From the NCBI RefSeq assembly GCF_031769215.1, contig NW_026782542.1, forward strand, positions 496,001 through 560,000: a stretch of 64,000 bases of DNA, read 5' to 3'. The notes below the pieces were generated by a model, which was given only the letters and a program-made list of their open reading frames with translations, did not search any database and was not told where the DNA came from. Source of the DNA: Ylistrum balloti. Lineage: Eukaryota. Made by a program: the position numbers and the translations under genes. This document shows positions 12,831 through 26,960 of the stretch, piece by piece; within the stretch, counting starts at the first letter, position 1, and the number at the start of each line of letters is the position of its first letter.

Positions 12831-13539
12831 AATAATAAACTTAACATTTCATGATAAATTTCAAAATTATCTTACAAATTTTATTTGTCGCAAGGTATAG
12901 GGCTCAGGGCACCTTGCTAGTTTCTTCCTTACACCGGTGTATCTCCAGTACGTCATAATTTGTCATCTTAAGATCAGATGACGGTACACACGAAGTACGT
13001 TTCCTGTTTTTTTAAAGGAAAAATCAGCATTTTATGTGTTTTATTAACCCAGCTACATCACCAGCGCATTATACTTCCGTTTTATGAATCGGTACAGAAC
13101 ATAACTCCGCAGGCTTAAATTCTAATTAAAGAAATATATCCTGCTGATTAAAACGAAATTAATCTTAAGACATGTTCATTTCTTTATTTTTAGAAATTTG
13201 GCACTAATGAGAACTGTTATCCATAAATGTACTGTTAGACAGGGTTGAATTTTTTAACGAAGATTGGTGAATCTGTACAAGGTAAAATTCGTGCCCACTT
13301 TCCTGACACAAGACGGAGTTTTACCGCTACATGGGATTGGAATAGCTCGCCTTGTGATGAATGTGTTCATTTTTATCTCGCAATTGCAGGAGTGCTTTAT
13401 TTTCTGGTGATGGTTAAAAATGGCGAGTTTTTCCCCGAAAGAAAGAGAAAAGTCCAACATTTTATTTATCTCAACTGTTTATTTAATAAAGGTATATTTT
13501 TAAAAAATTGAAAGTTACAACATTGAAAGGTCAGTAATA

Positions 13540-14180
13540 TAGAGACAGTGACATCATGACGGGGTTCAAGGGCGGAGACAGTGACATCACAATGAGGTTC
13601 ACGACTGGAGACTGACGTAACGACGAGGTTCGTGAATGAAGACAGTGACATCACGATGAGGTTCACTGCTGGAGACTGTGGCATCACCGCGGTTTTCAAA
13701 GGTGAAAACAGTGACATTATGACGGGGTTCACAGGTGTAGGCAGTGACCTCACCATGGGGTTCACAGGTTAAGACAGTGATATTATGACGGAGTTTACAG
13801 GGAAAGATAGTGACCTCACCACGGTGTTCACAGGTGAAGACAGTGATATCATGACGGGGTTCACAGGTTGAGACAGTGACATCTTGACAGGGTTCACAGG
13901 TGAAGACAGTGAAATCATGGCTGGGGTTCACGGATGGACGGTGACATCACAACGGGGTTAACAGGCAAAGACGATGGCATCATCACATTATTCACAGATG
14001 AAAATGGTGACATCACGAGTCGGTTCACAGGCAAAGACAGTGACATCATGGTTGGGGTTCACGAGTAAATGTTGACATCAAAACGGGGTTCACAGGTGAA
14101 GACAGTGACATAACCACGATGTTCACAAGAGAAAGCAGTGACTTAATGATGGGTTCACCAATGAAGACAGTGACATCAAG
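13540..14180. repeat. Degenerate 33-bp minisatellite, about 19 copies
   Basis: Unit approximately GACAGTGACATCATGACGGGGTTCACAGGTGAA. The in-frame unit length explains ORFs 13466-13765 and 13599-13931. Confidence 0.9.
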
Positions 14181-14680
14181 AAGTACAGTTTGTGGCAAAG
14201 GGAGACATTGAGAATGTAACTAAATGTTATGTCGATAAAAAACTCATAATGGTTACGAACATATTTGATAAGAACAACACAACAACATAATGAGTAGCAG
14301 ATTTGGCGCCAACGCTTACTATATTGATACTTCAGATTTGTTTACAGAAAGTTATTTCTTGAGATACGAAATGTCTTTTTAAAGTATACAGATGAAATTC
14401 AAAATTGCAGAATGCCTTAATTGATGAAAAATATAAGCTAAATAAATAACCTAGAATATATACACCTGAATTTCAACGTGTACTTATTGTCAATTCGCCT
14501 AGATAACTTTGATCTACATACATTATACATGTTATTAGTTGAAATAAAGCATATCATTTAAAATTATCACTTGGTACCCAAAGTCAATGGATCAAATGTT
14601 CATATGATACTGGCTGATGCAGTAAGAAAAACCATTTTTCAAATTGTTTGTCAAACTCGTTTTAACATGCGTTTTCATCT

Positions 14681-15060
14681 GTGTTCGATGCTTGTTAATA
14701 TACCTGGTGGTTCCGCTGTGTGATATCAAGTTAGATATGTTCGATGCCCGTTAATATGCCTGGTGGTTCCGCTGTGTGATATGAAGTTAGATGTGTTCGA
14801 TGCTCGTTAATATGCCTGGTGGTTCCGCTGTGTGATATTAAGTTAGATGTGTTCGATGCTTGTTAATATGCCTTGTGGTTCCGCTGTGTGATATGAAGTT
14901 AGATGTGTTCGATGCTCGTTAATATGCCTGGTGGTTCCGCTGTGTGATATGAAGTTAGATGTGTTCGATGCTCGTTAGTATACCTGGTGGTTCCGCTGTG
15001 TGATATGAAGTTAGGTGTGCCCATTGCTCGTTAATATGCCTTGTGGTTCCGCTGTGTGGT
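14681..15060. repeat. 56-bp tandem repeat, about 6.8 copies
   Basis: GTGTTCGATGCTCGTTAATATGCCTGGTGGTTCCGCTGTGTGATATGAAGTTAGAT, period 56 (14681, 14737, ...). Confidence 0.95.
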
Positions 15061-17089
15061 GAGGTAAGACGTTTTAAACGTTAGGTATTATGTCTAAAGG
15101 TGTAGTTCTGTAATATGATGTAAGACGTATTCAATGTCTGCAGGTTTCACTATTATGAATCCAGTCATTATTCTGAGAACCTTATATGACATGTGACGGC
15201 GAGGTATTAAAGAACGCTTACCATTCCGTAAACGTGGTTTTCTTTTTTTACTTTTTAACGGAGTCTCTGCGTTAATATATCTCCTTTTGATCAGCGCCTA
15301 TTTAATCGATTTTAAGTTTAAGCTAAGTTTTTGTTAAAGTGTTTGCGCTATTCATCGTCTTTGAGATGAAAAGCAGAAGATAGTTAATATATATATATAT
15401 ATCTTATCAATGTATATGGAAAGACATAAACTACAAATATGATGTTTATAGCTTTCCTGTCTAACTTTTTCTTTTTTAAACATATTTCTCAATGTCGTTG
15501 AATCCTTGGAAATAATTACTTTGAATTCGTTAGTGAAGCCAGATATTACGTCTTTGTTACATATATGGTCACAGACGATTTTATCTTCGTTTTCTGTTGA
15601 CGAAGCCTTGGATGTTCGTGAGGACTCTTCAACCTCTGCTCAGTGTTTCCGCTCGCTCGGAGATGTCTTTCAGGTTCCCTGTTTACAATCCCCGATGTTT
15701 GTCGCTGATCTTGTTAATATTATACAATGTATATCAGATGTAATTATGGATATTCTCGAGGTAGACAGGCGAGAAACCATTGATTTTATTTTCTTATTTA
15801 TTTGTGACTAAGTTGATCTGGTTTTATATGAAAGTTACATAAATTGAATCTGACCGCGTTAAACCGGAAATTGCTGTGATTTAGGTAGAAGACGCGCACC
15901 TGTCGGAAACACTTTTCTTTATTATCCTAAGTTTTCATCGTAGTATCCATGGATGTTCTATATTTATTTATTCTTTGTCTCGTTTTGTCAATTGAAAATT
16001 TCAAAATATAACTTTCCTTTTATTTCAGTATCTATTTTTGTTGGTGAAAAAAATGCTAGTCATTCTTCAATGCATTTCTTGTCCGTTGGGTGTACAGTGC
16101 CTAAGTATGAGCATTGCCAAAAAACATAGAAGACTTCTCAATATTTACACAAAGTTTCGTAATCCCATTCAAATTCAGATACGTATCCTTGTTAACCGTT
16201 AAAGGTTGTAACGTTGAAACATGATGATAGTGTATAACCAGTACAGTGTCTTTTTAAAAATGCGGATATACTCTTTTCTGATAAAGAATGGTTTAAGATG
16301 CTTTTTCGCAATCAGGAAGTTACATGGACACAGTAGAAAGAGGTTAAGTATACAAGTAGCCACTATAAGTACGTAGGTAAAATAATATCTATTATAATGA
16401 ATCACTTACCATAGATTGTGGGGAACATCCATACTTGATCGATACTCAGCCACTCCACATGTACACTAGGGCCTTAATTGAACCTGAGAGGTCATAATAT
16501 CGGACATACTATACTTAGTTAAAGTCACTATAACATCTCTTAGCATATGTAGTGTCGTAGTGTAGACCTCGCTTAATGTAACATTGCTAAAATACATTAT
16601 TAATACATTTATTGGGGAAAAAACACGAAAAGCAATATTATGAAGAAGACTGAAGGAATAATACACACGAAGTGAAAATACTTTACTTTAAATGCACTTA
16701 ACCTTAGATTTTAAAGCGATCAAAATAAATTGAACCAAAAACACAAAGAAAAAAATGATGCTCCCTCAAAATCTAAGTATGATGAAAGTTCAGGTATTTT
16801 TTTTGTTCTTTTCTGTAACCAAATAAGGATTGTGGAGAAAAGCGGATGGGTCGGTACGTGATACATTAAGCATTGATGACAAAGGAAGTTAACAAGATAA
16901 AAGGCATGCTTTTGAACACGCGGAAGATGTCAAAGTGTGCACGCCAATACCGGAAGTGTCGATGACAAAGAAAAATTATACGATAATGGTGCATTGTCTT
17001 CTAACCCCGGATAATGATAGAGTACATGTTGTAGAAATGTGGTATCAGTTTGACACAATACCTGTGAGTCTATGTCGTATCTTGTCAGA

Positions 17090-17425
17090 AGAAGAGTTCC
17101 GGATTTCAATTTGTTCTATCTACAGTAAGAAGAAAGCAATTCTGGATTTCAAAATTAGTTATATATTATATTTATTCTACAAAGTAAACGTTTGTTGATT
17201 TCAAAATCAGTTTAATGTTCTATCTATTTTACGAAGAAAACAACTCAGGGTTTCAAATTCAGTTATATGTTCTATCTCTTCTACGACAAAAAACAGTTTC
17301 GGATTTCAAAATCGGATGCATTTTTATCTATTTTAAAAACAAAACAATTGTGTATTTGAAAATCAGTTATATATCCTAACCATTCTATGAAGAAAACAGG
17401 TGCGTATTTGAAAATCAGGATAAAT
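17090..17425. repeat. Old, degenerate ~50-bp tandem array
   Basis: GATTTCAAAAT(C/T)AGTTATAT...TCTA...AAAAC recurs about 6-7 times. Confidence 0.7.
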
Positions 17426-20400
17426 CAATTGTTGTCCGCTTAGTTCACTGTTCATTGCTTAATGACATTTAAACAATAAAACAAATCGGAGGTTTTCATC
17501 GCTTTATAGACCAAAAATCTTCAAAAAGTGGTCGATGTGTATATATGTATATGTTATAATGCTTCTACGCAATTTGTATAAAAATAGCATGAAATGTCTA
17601 ATGTACGAATAAAAAAACACAAAGTGGTTCATCAGTGCCGAGGAAAGCGATATGAGTACCAAAGCACACAATAAAAACACTGATCTATCATGTGAGGAGA
17701 TTCATATAAATCTCGACAGTACATGGTCGAGAGCCAAAGGTTCATGAACACGTTGTAATTTTAGTCAGTGATCACATTAAATGCACATAAAACTTGCATC
17801 ATATGTCCGTTATGTCTGCGACATATACATTAGCATCCTCAAGGTAGCAACCATGTGGTAAAACCTTCAGCATAACCTCGGGATTTATCATATTTTTTTC
17901 ACCCTTGGGTGTAACATTTCTATCCTAAATACATACGAATAAAAAACATTTTTTTCTGATAATTTCGTACCTTTAAAACACTCAATTTTCTACATTCAGT
18001 TCAGAAACCTGCTTTTCCCTGTATTTCTTGTCAATATGATTACCCACGTCGGTAAATAATTTTTTTTGTTTCGAAAAACAACGTCAACAACAGACGATTA
18101 ACATTGAAAATCATCATTTTTATCATGTCGTGTCATACGATTTGAAAATAGAATGGCCAAATCTCTCCTCCATCAGTAATCTTTGTGAGTGCGTGTTGAA
18201 TTATAGTTTTGTGCTATTATCAATAAAATATTCAAAACACAAAATCCATTCAACTACACTAAAGGGGACTGAAAAATGGGGTAATATAATAATTTCTATA
18301 TATGATCCAGAAGGACACGTGCCTATGTGGTTAATCCAATGGCCGATTTTTTTTCTAATGTTGTTAAGAAGTCTCGTCACACCTTTTTATTTTTTTGAAT
18401 AGGGTTTTGACTATTATTCGCTGCGATCACTTGATATGCTAACGTATCCGTTGTCGACCTTTTGTTGTTGCTAAGAATGAGTCCAGAATCATCTTTAAAC
18501 CGCAGACTTCCATTTGCATTTTCAATTGGTTCGAAGTAACAGGAAATGCAAGGTCTGATATGACGTTGGTGGGTGCGAAGATTCGCCAGAATCACACAAT
18601 AGAAGGGTGGACATGGACCTGTGGTTCCGTATCAAAGAGGAACAGCACTATTATGTAAACTCTACTCTTTGTATGATTATCAAATGACCATGTTCTGCCA
18701 ACTTTATAACAAAAACCGCTGTCCAAGAAATGGGTTTGTGCGAACCCACTTTCTTACTACTAGATGCTGGCTTTGTCAGTGACGTACTTCCCCGGTCAGT
18801 CAAACGTTTGAATGTGACGGATTTCTTTTTAATATAGCAATTACACTTATTTCTGGACATAGTAGACCAAATAATTTTTCCAGAATGACATTCATAATGA
18901 TTCATAGGGGTATTTCGGACATGATAGTGTTTCGTTTAATGTCGTTTATAAAACATGTACATAAACACCTATCTATGTTTCCATGGATATCGGACGTGTC
19001 AACCCGACCCAAATACGATGCTTAATTTGTAGAAATTTCATAAAGACCTAACTTTATCGATATATATGATCCTGATTGCTCACAATTTTTTTCACTTGCG
19101 AAAAACAGAGCAAACAAATTTGTATTAAGTGTATGTGTTTTCGATCGATCAAACGACGAAATTTTATGGTCTTTTTCCAGTTTTCATACAGTGTCATCGC
19201 TGATTTGATCAGACAATGCTCTTCTACTTTCGTTTTAAGAATCAGCACGTGATGAATGTGTTATATTAAGGCTGTCAAATTTTGAATTGTCAATGAGTGT
19301 TTTCTTTATTGCTAGAGGAAAATCAGAAAAAAATCCCTTCCGTTCTCCCTTTTTCCCCTTCCGAATTTACCTTAGTCCTGTATTGAGAAGGACAAGTTTC
19401 ATTTCTCCCATTTTTATTCCAACATCGGCGCTTGCCACGTTCCTAACACGCTTGCATCTTGCCGACAAATACATCGACGATGTTTGGTTTTGAGTTCGTG
19501 CACAGCTATTCAGGCGATTTATGTGTTTTCCTCCGTTTTTGATGTGACTGTTTCTATCTGATATGCTTGGAAATTGTGGTATTGTTTGATTCATTTGTTC
19601 TGTTATCGTGGTTCTGATCGAGTCGGCTGGTTCTACCTGGTCTTTTTTGCGTGTTTAATTATTTCCTCAAGTTTTCTTCCGTTTTTCTTTTCATTTCTGT
19701 CAAAAGATATTTTTATTGAGCTAACACTTTGTTTGGATCACAATTTCTCTTTGTCTTCTTAAATTTCTGCATTTAAACTCTTTTTTTTTTTTGGCTTTCG
19801 ATGGTGAAGCGGTCGTTATGATATAGTTTCATTCATTCAGTGAAATCTTCGCAACACAAGCTTTGAAACCAGTTTATTCTTAGCAATTTAAGCAACTTAT
19901 GAGCATGTGGATGTACGCTAGGAGAACTTCAAGACCGGGGAAAAATGTATCGCGTTTTAAGATGCAAAAAATGATTTTAAAAAAATATGTATCAACTTTA
20001 CTATATAGCTATTTTTGTCTGTTACTGCCAATTTTAAGCTAAAAATGATGCCCTGTGGCGTTCATTAATGAATAATCATGAATATCGCATACACTGATCG
20101 GGTCTGTTTTGATTAAGATCAATTAATTTGCGCTTTAATGAATGATATCAAAAAAAATACTGCGGTGTTTTATTGGCATGCTAAGTAGCTATTGTTGGTG
20201 CAGCGATAGATTTTATATTAAATTTGTACTAATTTGTTATTCATGTCCTAGAATGTATTGACCTGCACAAGAAATGAAATGTCATCTGCACTGTTTTGCC
20301 TGGAGATGTGACAAACGATGATGTATGACCTGTTATAATCATCAACAGATCGCCCCGTGGGTTAGAACAGGAGAACTTCAATATTAAATAAGGGATATTT

Positions 20401-21395
20401 GTTACATAAAGGGATGAGGAGGGGGTCACGCTACATTACATGGCGATTGTTCAGTATCTTACTTTCGTTTTGTCATGTGTTATTTTACATGGTCAGGATC
20501 TTTTAGTATCAAAATCATTTTGAAATACTCACCATTATATTTCCGTGTCTTTACTAAACCAGCATTCAATACGAATAACACTTTGTCATGACAGCTAGGG
20601 TGTTTACGTTAACATTCTAACAACTGATATTATTGTAAGTTAACCGCTATCGTGTTATGTACGTGCAGTATATTTTCATTGATATGTTTGTACGGAGTGG
20701 GAATCTGGTTGTTTTGATGTACCAATGCCTTATTGTACAAAAATAATTTAACAAATAACTACAACGACTCGTAGGAATTGTTCCAGGTATCCGAAGTTCC
20801 GAAAACCTTGGAAAAGTACGCTAGGAACAGTGCTGACACATAACTGTTGTTTAACATGCGATGTGCTGGGTTGGTTATTAGAATAACTACCGCATTTACA
20901 ACGAAACGAGCCGCTTTTGCACATGGCGTCGTTCACTCTTCAGCGATCCGGAACTTTACTAATGACTCTACCGGATGCTGGTTTCCGCTTTACTCCATTT
21001 TGTGTTGCTCATGCTCTGCAGCAAATTGGTAGCACACCGTCAATGGTGATGTCGATAAATGATAAACGTGAGAGAAGGTTCGATATATATGCTGTCAATT
21101 TTCTGCAGGTAGCCGTTATATTCCGATATTTATTTAGTTTTTTCTCGTAAGTGTTTAATACTGCCGTTTGATTCTATAATCAGGTAAACCCGTATTATAA
21201 GCTAAAATAATAAAATAATATTATAATATTTTAAGGTCCCTAGTGTCATGCTTATGGAATATTTTTTTTAATTTTTCTGCGTAAGGAGTTTTGTAAAATT
21301 CCGGAATGAGTGGGAGGAGGGGGATGGGTTATGGGATTGGGATGTTGTTGATTTCGTATGGGATTTTGTTAGTACCGGCCTATGGAATTTCTTTA

Positions 21396-22266
21396 GCCTA
21401 AAACGTATGGAATTTTGTTAGTTTCGGCGTATGTTATTTAGTTAGCCTAAAACGTACGGGATTTTGTTAGTTTCGGCGTATGTTATTTAGTTAGCCTAAA
21501 ACGTACGGGGTTTTGTTAGTTTCGGCGTATGTTATTTAGTTAGCCTAAAACGTATGGGATTTTGTTAGTTTCGGCGTATGTTATTTAGTTAGCCTAAAAC
21601 GTATGGGATTTTGTTAGTTTCGGCGTATGTTATTTAGTTAGCCTAAAACGTATGGAATTTTGTTAGTTTCGGCGTATGTTATTTAGTTAGCCTAAAACGT
21701 ATGGGATTTTGTTAGTTTCGGCGTATGTTATTTAGTTAGCCTAAAACGTATGGGATTTTGTTAGTTTCGGCGTATGTTATTTAGTTAGCCTAAAACGTAT
21801 GGGATTTTGTTAGTTTCGGCGTATGTTATTTAGTTAGCCTAAAACGTATGGGATTTTGTTAGTTTCGGCGTATGTTATTTAGTTAGCCTAAAACGTATGG
21901 GATTTTGTTAGTTTCGGCGTATGTTATTTAGTTAGCCTAAAACGTATGGGATTTTGTTAGTTTCGGCGTATGTTATTTAGTTAGCCTAAAACGTATGGGA
22001 TTTTGTTAGTTTCGGCGTATGTTATTTAGTTAGCCTAAAACGTATGGGATTTTGTTAGTTTCGGCGTATGTTATTTAGTTAGCCTAAAACGTACGGGATT
22101 TTGTTAGTTTCGGCGTATGTTATTTAGTTAGCCTAAAACGTATGGGATTTTGTTAGTTTCGGCGTATGTTATTTAGTTAGCCTAAAACGTATGGGATTTT
22201 GTTAGTTTCGGCGTATGTTATTTAGTTAGCCTAAAACGTATGGGATTTTGTTAGTTTCGGCGTATG
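21396..22266. repeat. Homogeneous 49-bp satellite, about 17.8 copies
   Basis: GCCTAAAACGTATGGGATTTTGTTAGTTTCGGCGTATGTTATTTAGTTA starts at 21396, 21445, ... 22229 with exact 49-bp period. Confidence 0.97.
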
Positions 22267-23040
22267 AAATGTCGTTAGGTGATATCGTACGGAATTGTGA
22301 GGATTTCAAACGTGTGGGTTTTGTTAGTTTTCATCGTAAGGGGTTTTGAAAGATTTCAGCGTATTGGAATTTAAAAGTTATGATTTGTTTAGTTTTTGTT
22401 AGTTGGGAGCGTGTAAGATTTTATAAGATTTTAGTGTTGTTTGTTAGTGTTCAACGTATGGTATATCTATGGTTTTCGGCCTATATGGTTTTGGCAATTT
22501 TCGCGTAAGTGATTTTTATGGTTTTCAGCATATAAATTATTTTTATGGTTTTCAGCGTAGAGGATTTTTTTAACTTTCAGCTAATGAAGTTTTGCTGGAT
22601 TTCTATGTTGTTCTTTTATCAGATATTTGGGTATCGTGTTTGGTTATCAACGCATAAGATACATCTTGTATGTTAGTTTTCAGAGTATGGCGTGTTGTTA
22701 ATTTTCAGCGAATGAGGTTTGTTTAATTTTCAGTGTATTCGCTGTGCTAGTTAGTGTTTATAGTTTGTTTTATTTCAGTGTAGGTGTTTGGTCAGATTTC
22801 AGCTCGTTGAAGCTTTCTTAGTTTTCAGTAAACTGGATTTTCATGATTTTCAGCGCAGGAGTGTTGGTAGTTTTGAATTTATTGGGGTTCGTTCGTTTAC
22901 AGCGTATGGAATTTTATTTGTTTCAGCGTGTGGAGTTATGTCAATTTCCAGCGGATGGGATTTGGTTGGCTTTCTAGGTATTGAATTTGGATTGATTTTA
23001 GCCTATATGAATTTGTTTAATTTTCAGCGTATTTATCAAT
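22267..23040. repeat. Degenerate ~24-25-bp array related to the 49-bp satellite
   Basis: Recurrent TTTCAGCGTA(T/G)G...TTTTGTTAG-like motifs at roughly 25-bp spacing, with high divergence. Confidence 0.75.
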
Positions 23041-23944
23041 AACTGATTTCGAATGAGATATGATAAGGAACTACCAGGATGCAGTCGAAATATATCATTG
23101 TCCATGATACATGTAGCTTATCACTGGCTTTCAAAATGTCTATGTTCCAATTGTTCAAAGATGTAAATTTTTCATTTGTAAAAGTTTGACAAGAAAAATA
23201 AAGAAATCATGAAAACAAGACTAAGTTAGAGACATATATGTAGATTTGGTGCTAAAACCATCATCAATCCCACTGTGTCAAGAATAGTTCAGGTCCCAAG
23301 TATCACTAAAGAGTTCTTCTACAAGGGACGTAACAGATGTTGGTGCAGTTTGATTAAGTGTTAGACTCTACTGTATCAAACTCTAACTTTGTAAGAAAAG
23401 GTAATATTCACTTGACATATGTGTCTTTAGTGCAATTATTGGGCACAGCAACACAATATACTTCACTATAAAAGCGACACAGAACGAAATATACTTAAAA
23501 CGAAAAGTTGCATTGTATAATTTATACTTAACAAGAAAATATACATTGTACAATATATCCTTTACAAGGCAATATACAACGACTAAAATATGTACTTCAC
23601 ATACAATGCATAAGATATATTTCACAAGACAAGATAAGATGTAAAAATATTTTACACAATGAAGGATACAAAGTATAAAATATTATTGACAACAAAATTT
23701 ACAATGAACACATTTATACATATTTCTTTCACAAGGACGATAGAATAAAGGTAAAAAAACAAATCTCAAAATATAGCACAAAATGAACATGATACAATGT
23801 AATACATATACTACGGAGGAAATGATACAATATACAGAATGTACTACACAAAGATACATTGTATAGAATACATCGCATACTAGTACATCACGGTATATAG
23901 ACAATACAAATAATGTATGTTATAAACATACCGCGGTGATAGCA

Positions 23945-25330
23945 CACGACAGTCACACCATACAACAGTCATACCATACAACAGTCACACCATACAACAG
24001 TCACACCATACAACAGTCACACCATACAACATTCACACCATACAACAGTCACACCATACAACAGTCACACCATACAACAGTCACACCATACAACAGTCAC
24101 ACCATACAACAGTCACACCATACAACCATACAACAGTCACACCATACAACAGATAGAACCGTACAACAGTCAGAACCGTACAACATTCACATCATACAAC
24201 AGTCACACCATACAACAGTCACACCATACAACAGTCACACCATACAACAGTCACACCATACAACAGTCACACCATACAAAAGTCACACCATACAACAGTC
24301 ACACCATACAACAGTCACACCATACAACAGTCACACAATACAACAGTCACACAATACAACAGTCACACCATACAACAGTCAGAACCGTACAACAGTCATA
24401 CCATACAACAGTCACACAATACAACAGTCACACCATACATTCACACCATACAACAGTCACACTATACAACAGTCACACCATACAAAAGTCATAACATACA
24501 ACATTCACACCATACAACAGTCACACCATACAACAGTCATAACAATATTACAATTATAACATTGTACAATCACATCAAAAAACAGTCATACCATACAACA
24601 GTCACACAATACAACAGTCACACCATACAAGTCACATTATACAACATTTACACCATACAACAGTCAGAACCATACAACAGTCAGAACCGTACAACAATCA
24701 CACCAAACAACAGTCATACCATACAACAGTCACACCATACAACAGTCACACCATACAACAGTCACAACAGCACCACAACGACAACATGGAACGATCATAT
24801 CTTACAACAGTCACACCATACAACAGTCACACCATACAACATTCACACCATTCAACAGTCACACCATACAACAGTAAGAACCGAACAACAGTCACACCAT
24901 ACAACAGTAAGAACCGAACAACAGTCACAACAACAACAAAATGACGATACGGACCACTCAAACCCTACAAACGTCACAACAGAATATAAACACGCAATAG
25001 TATCACCATACACCATAATGACAACACACAACAGCCTTACCATACAACAATCACGACAACAATCACAACAATAACACAAAGACAACATACAATAGTCACA
25101 CCATACACCACCAATAGTCACAATGACAACACAAAGACAACACACAATAGTCACATCATACACCACCAATAGTCACAATGACAACACAATGACAACACAC
25201 AACAGTCACACCATACACCACCAACAGTCACAATGACAACACAATGACAACACAATGACAACACACAGCTCGCACACCTTACAACGATTACAACAACACC
25301 ACAATGGCAACAAGCAATGATCACACCTTA
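23945..25330. repeat. 16-bp minisatellite (CACACCATACAACAGT)n with degenerate CA-rich flanks
   Basis: Direct reading. The array is most regular at 23950-24950 and decays to about 25330. Confidence 0.95.
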
Positions 25331-25517
25331 CAACAACATCACCATGACAAAACACAATTGCCATACAAAACAAAATGAGGTATTTCTCCAAAACATTATC
25401 TAGTCAAAAACAAATTCCAGAGCTAAACGTAAGAGTAACTTCCCCTGAATCAGAAGCAATGTTCTACTAAAATGAATGTAATTTAAGTACATTTGTCGGT
25501 ATTTATAAATAAGTAAT

Positions 25518-26134
25518 ACCGACCATATATATGTCATCAGTAAATAATACTGACCATATATAAAACATCAGTAAATAATACTGACCATATTTAGGTCATC
25601 AGTAAATAATACCGACCATATATAGGTCATCAGTAAATAATACCGACCATATATAGGTAATCAGTAAATAATACCGACCATATATATGTCATCAGTAAAT
25701 AATACTGACCATATATAAAACATCAGTAAATAATACTGACCATATTTAGGTCATCAGTAAATAATACCGACCATATATAGGTCATCAGTAAATAATACCG
25801 ACCATATATAGGTAATCAGTAAATAATACCGACCATATATAGGTCATCAGTAAATAATACCGACCATATATAGGTCATCAGTAAATAATGCTGACCATAT
25901 GTAGGTCATTATAAAATAATACTGACCATATATAGGTCATCAGTAAATAATACTGACCATATATAGGTCATCAGTAAATAATACTGAACATATATAGGTC
26001 ATCAGTAAATAATACTGACCATATATAGGTCATTAATAAATAATACTGACCATATATAGGTCATCAGTAAATAATTCTGACCATATATAGGTCATCAGTA
26101 AATAATACTGACCATATATAGGTCATCAGTAAAT
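25518..26134. repeat. 31-bp minisatellite, about 20 copies
   Basis: AC(C/T)GACCATATATAGGTCATCAGTAAATAAT; each unit contains the inverted repeat GACC-ATATATA-GGTC. Confidence 0.96.
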
Positions 26135-26789
26135 ATTGCCGCCTTTATTAGATATTTGACTGTTTGGGGAACAATAGGTTAGTTGATGTTTAAGACAGAA
26201 GATCGAAGTAGTAGAGCAAGTTATGATCAAACACGTGTCTGATATTGGTTCTTTTGCCTTTAAATCAAGATGGCCCATTACATTTTTTATTACTTGGTTT
26301 ACTACAATATTTGTCGTTTCATTGAAATTTTGTTGCGATCACGTGACTTCTGCTGCGGCTGAGCAGGAAATGACTTAAATGTCGAGTTGTATTTCCGTCA
26401 AAACTGGCACAAAAGTGTAGGCGATTTCTGCTGGACGGAGATTTGATGTATAGCCATGCCTTTTCCACAAGGAAGCACTTGTATTATAAAATGTTTTGTA
26501 ATAGTATGAAGTACGTAATAAATGACACTAATAGAACGCATGGTTCTTGTATCAAAAAGAAAAGAAATTGTTCTTGACAAGCACGACAAATATTACAGCA
26601 TATGTATTCAGCGAGTTTTTTTACATCATATTTATTACACAAACATAGAGGTTCAATGCTTCTGAATCTTAAATTACTTTTAAATGAAAGTTTGCTATAA
26701 AACCAGACATCTACACCTATAAAAGGAAGATTAATCTTTGGTCAGTTCGAGGAGTCGTATCTTATTGGTTTGGTTTTCGGGTAAAATCT

Positions 26790-26960
26790 GTTGAGGAAGT
26801 CAGTATATGATGATTCAGTAGAACGTTCCTATCCGATTCTGAACATTTCTGCTTTAAAACTCTTTTCATTTTCGAGTAAAGATTGTTGAGGAAATCATTA
26901 TGTAATAATTCAGTAGAACGCTCCTATCCGATTCTAAAAAATATCTGCTTTAAAAACCTT
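26790..26960. repeat. Diverged ~95-bp tandem duplication
   Basis: GTTGAGGAA...ATTCAGTAGAACG.TCCTATCCGATTCT...CTGCTTTAAAA starts at 26790 and at 26885. Confidence 0.8.

Noticed and set aside
13466-13931. PHRDVTVFTCE-like repeat ORFs
   Set aside because: They are products of the 33-bp minisatellite.
16140-16480. Possible two-exon minus-strand peptide (VEWLSIDQVWMFPTIY/GYVSEFEWDYETLCKY)
   Set aside because: The donor is good but the acceptors are poor, upstream frames are closed, and no family was recognised.
20750-21060. Faint THAP-like ICC...SNTK pattern on the minus strand
   Set aside because: It needs several frameshifts and lacks a convincing C-x-x-H-F motif.
23936-25391. His/Thr/Gln-rich and Cys/Val-rich ORFs
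   Set aside because: They arise from the 16-bp CA-rich array, which rarely generates stop codons.
25518-26134. Hammerhead-like CTGATGA-CC...GG on the minus strand of each 31-bp unit
   Set aside because: The hairpin is followed by TC(A/G)GTA, not GAAA, and there are no stems I/III.
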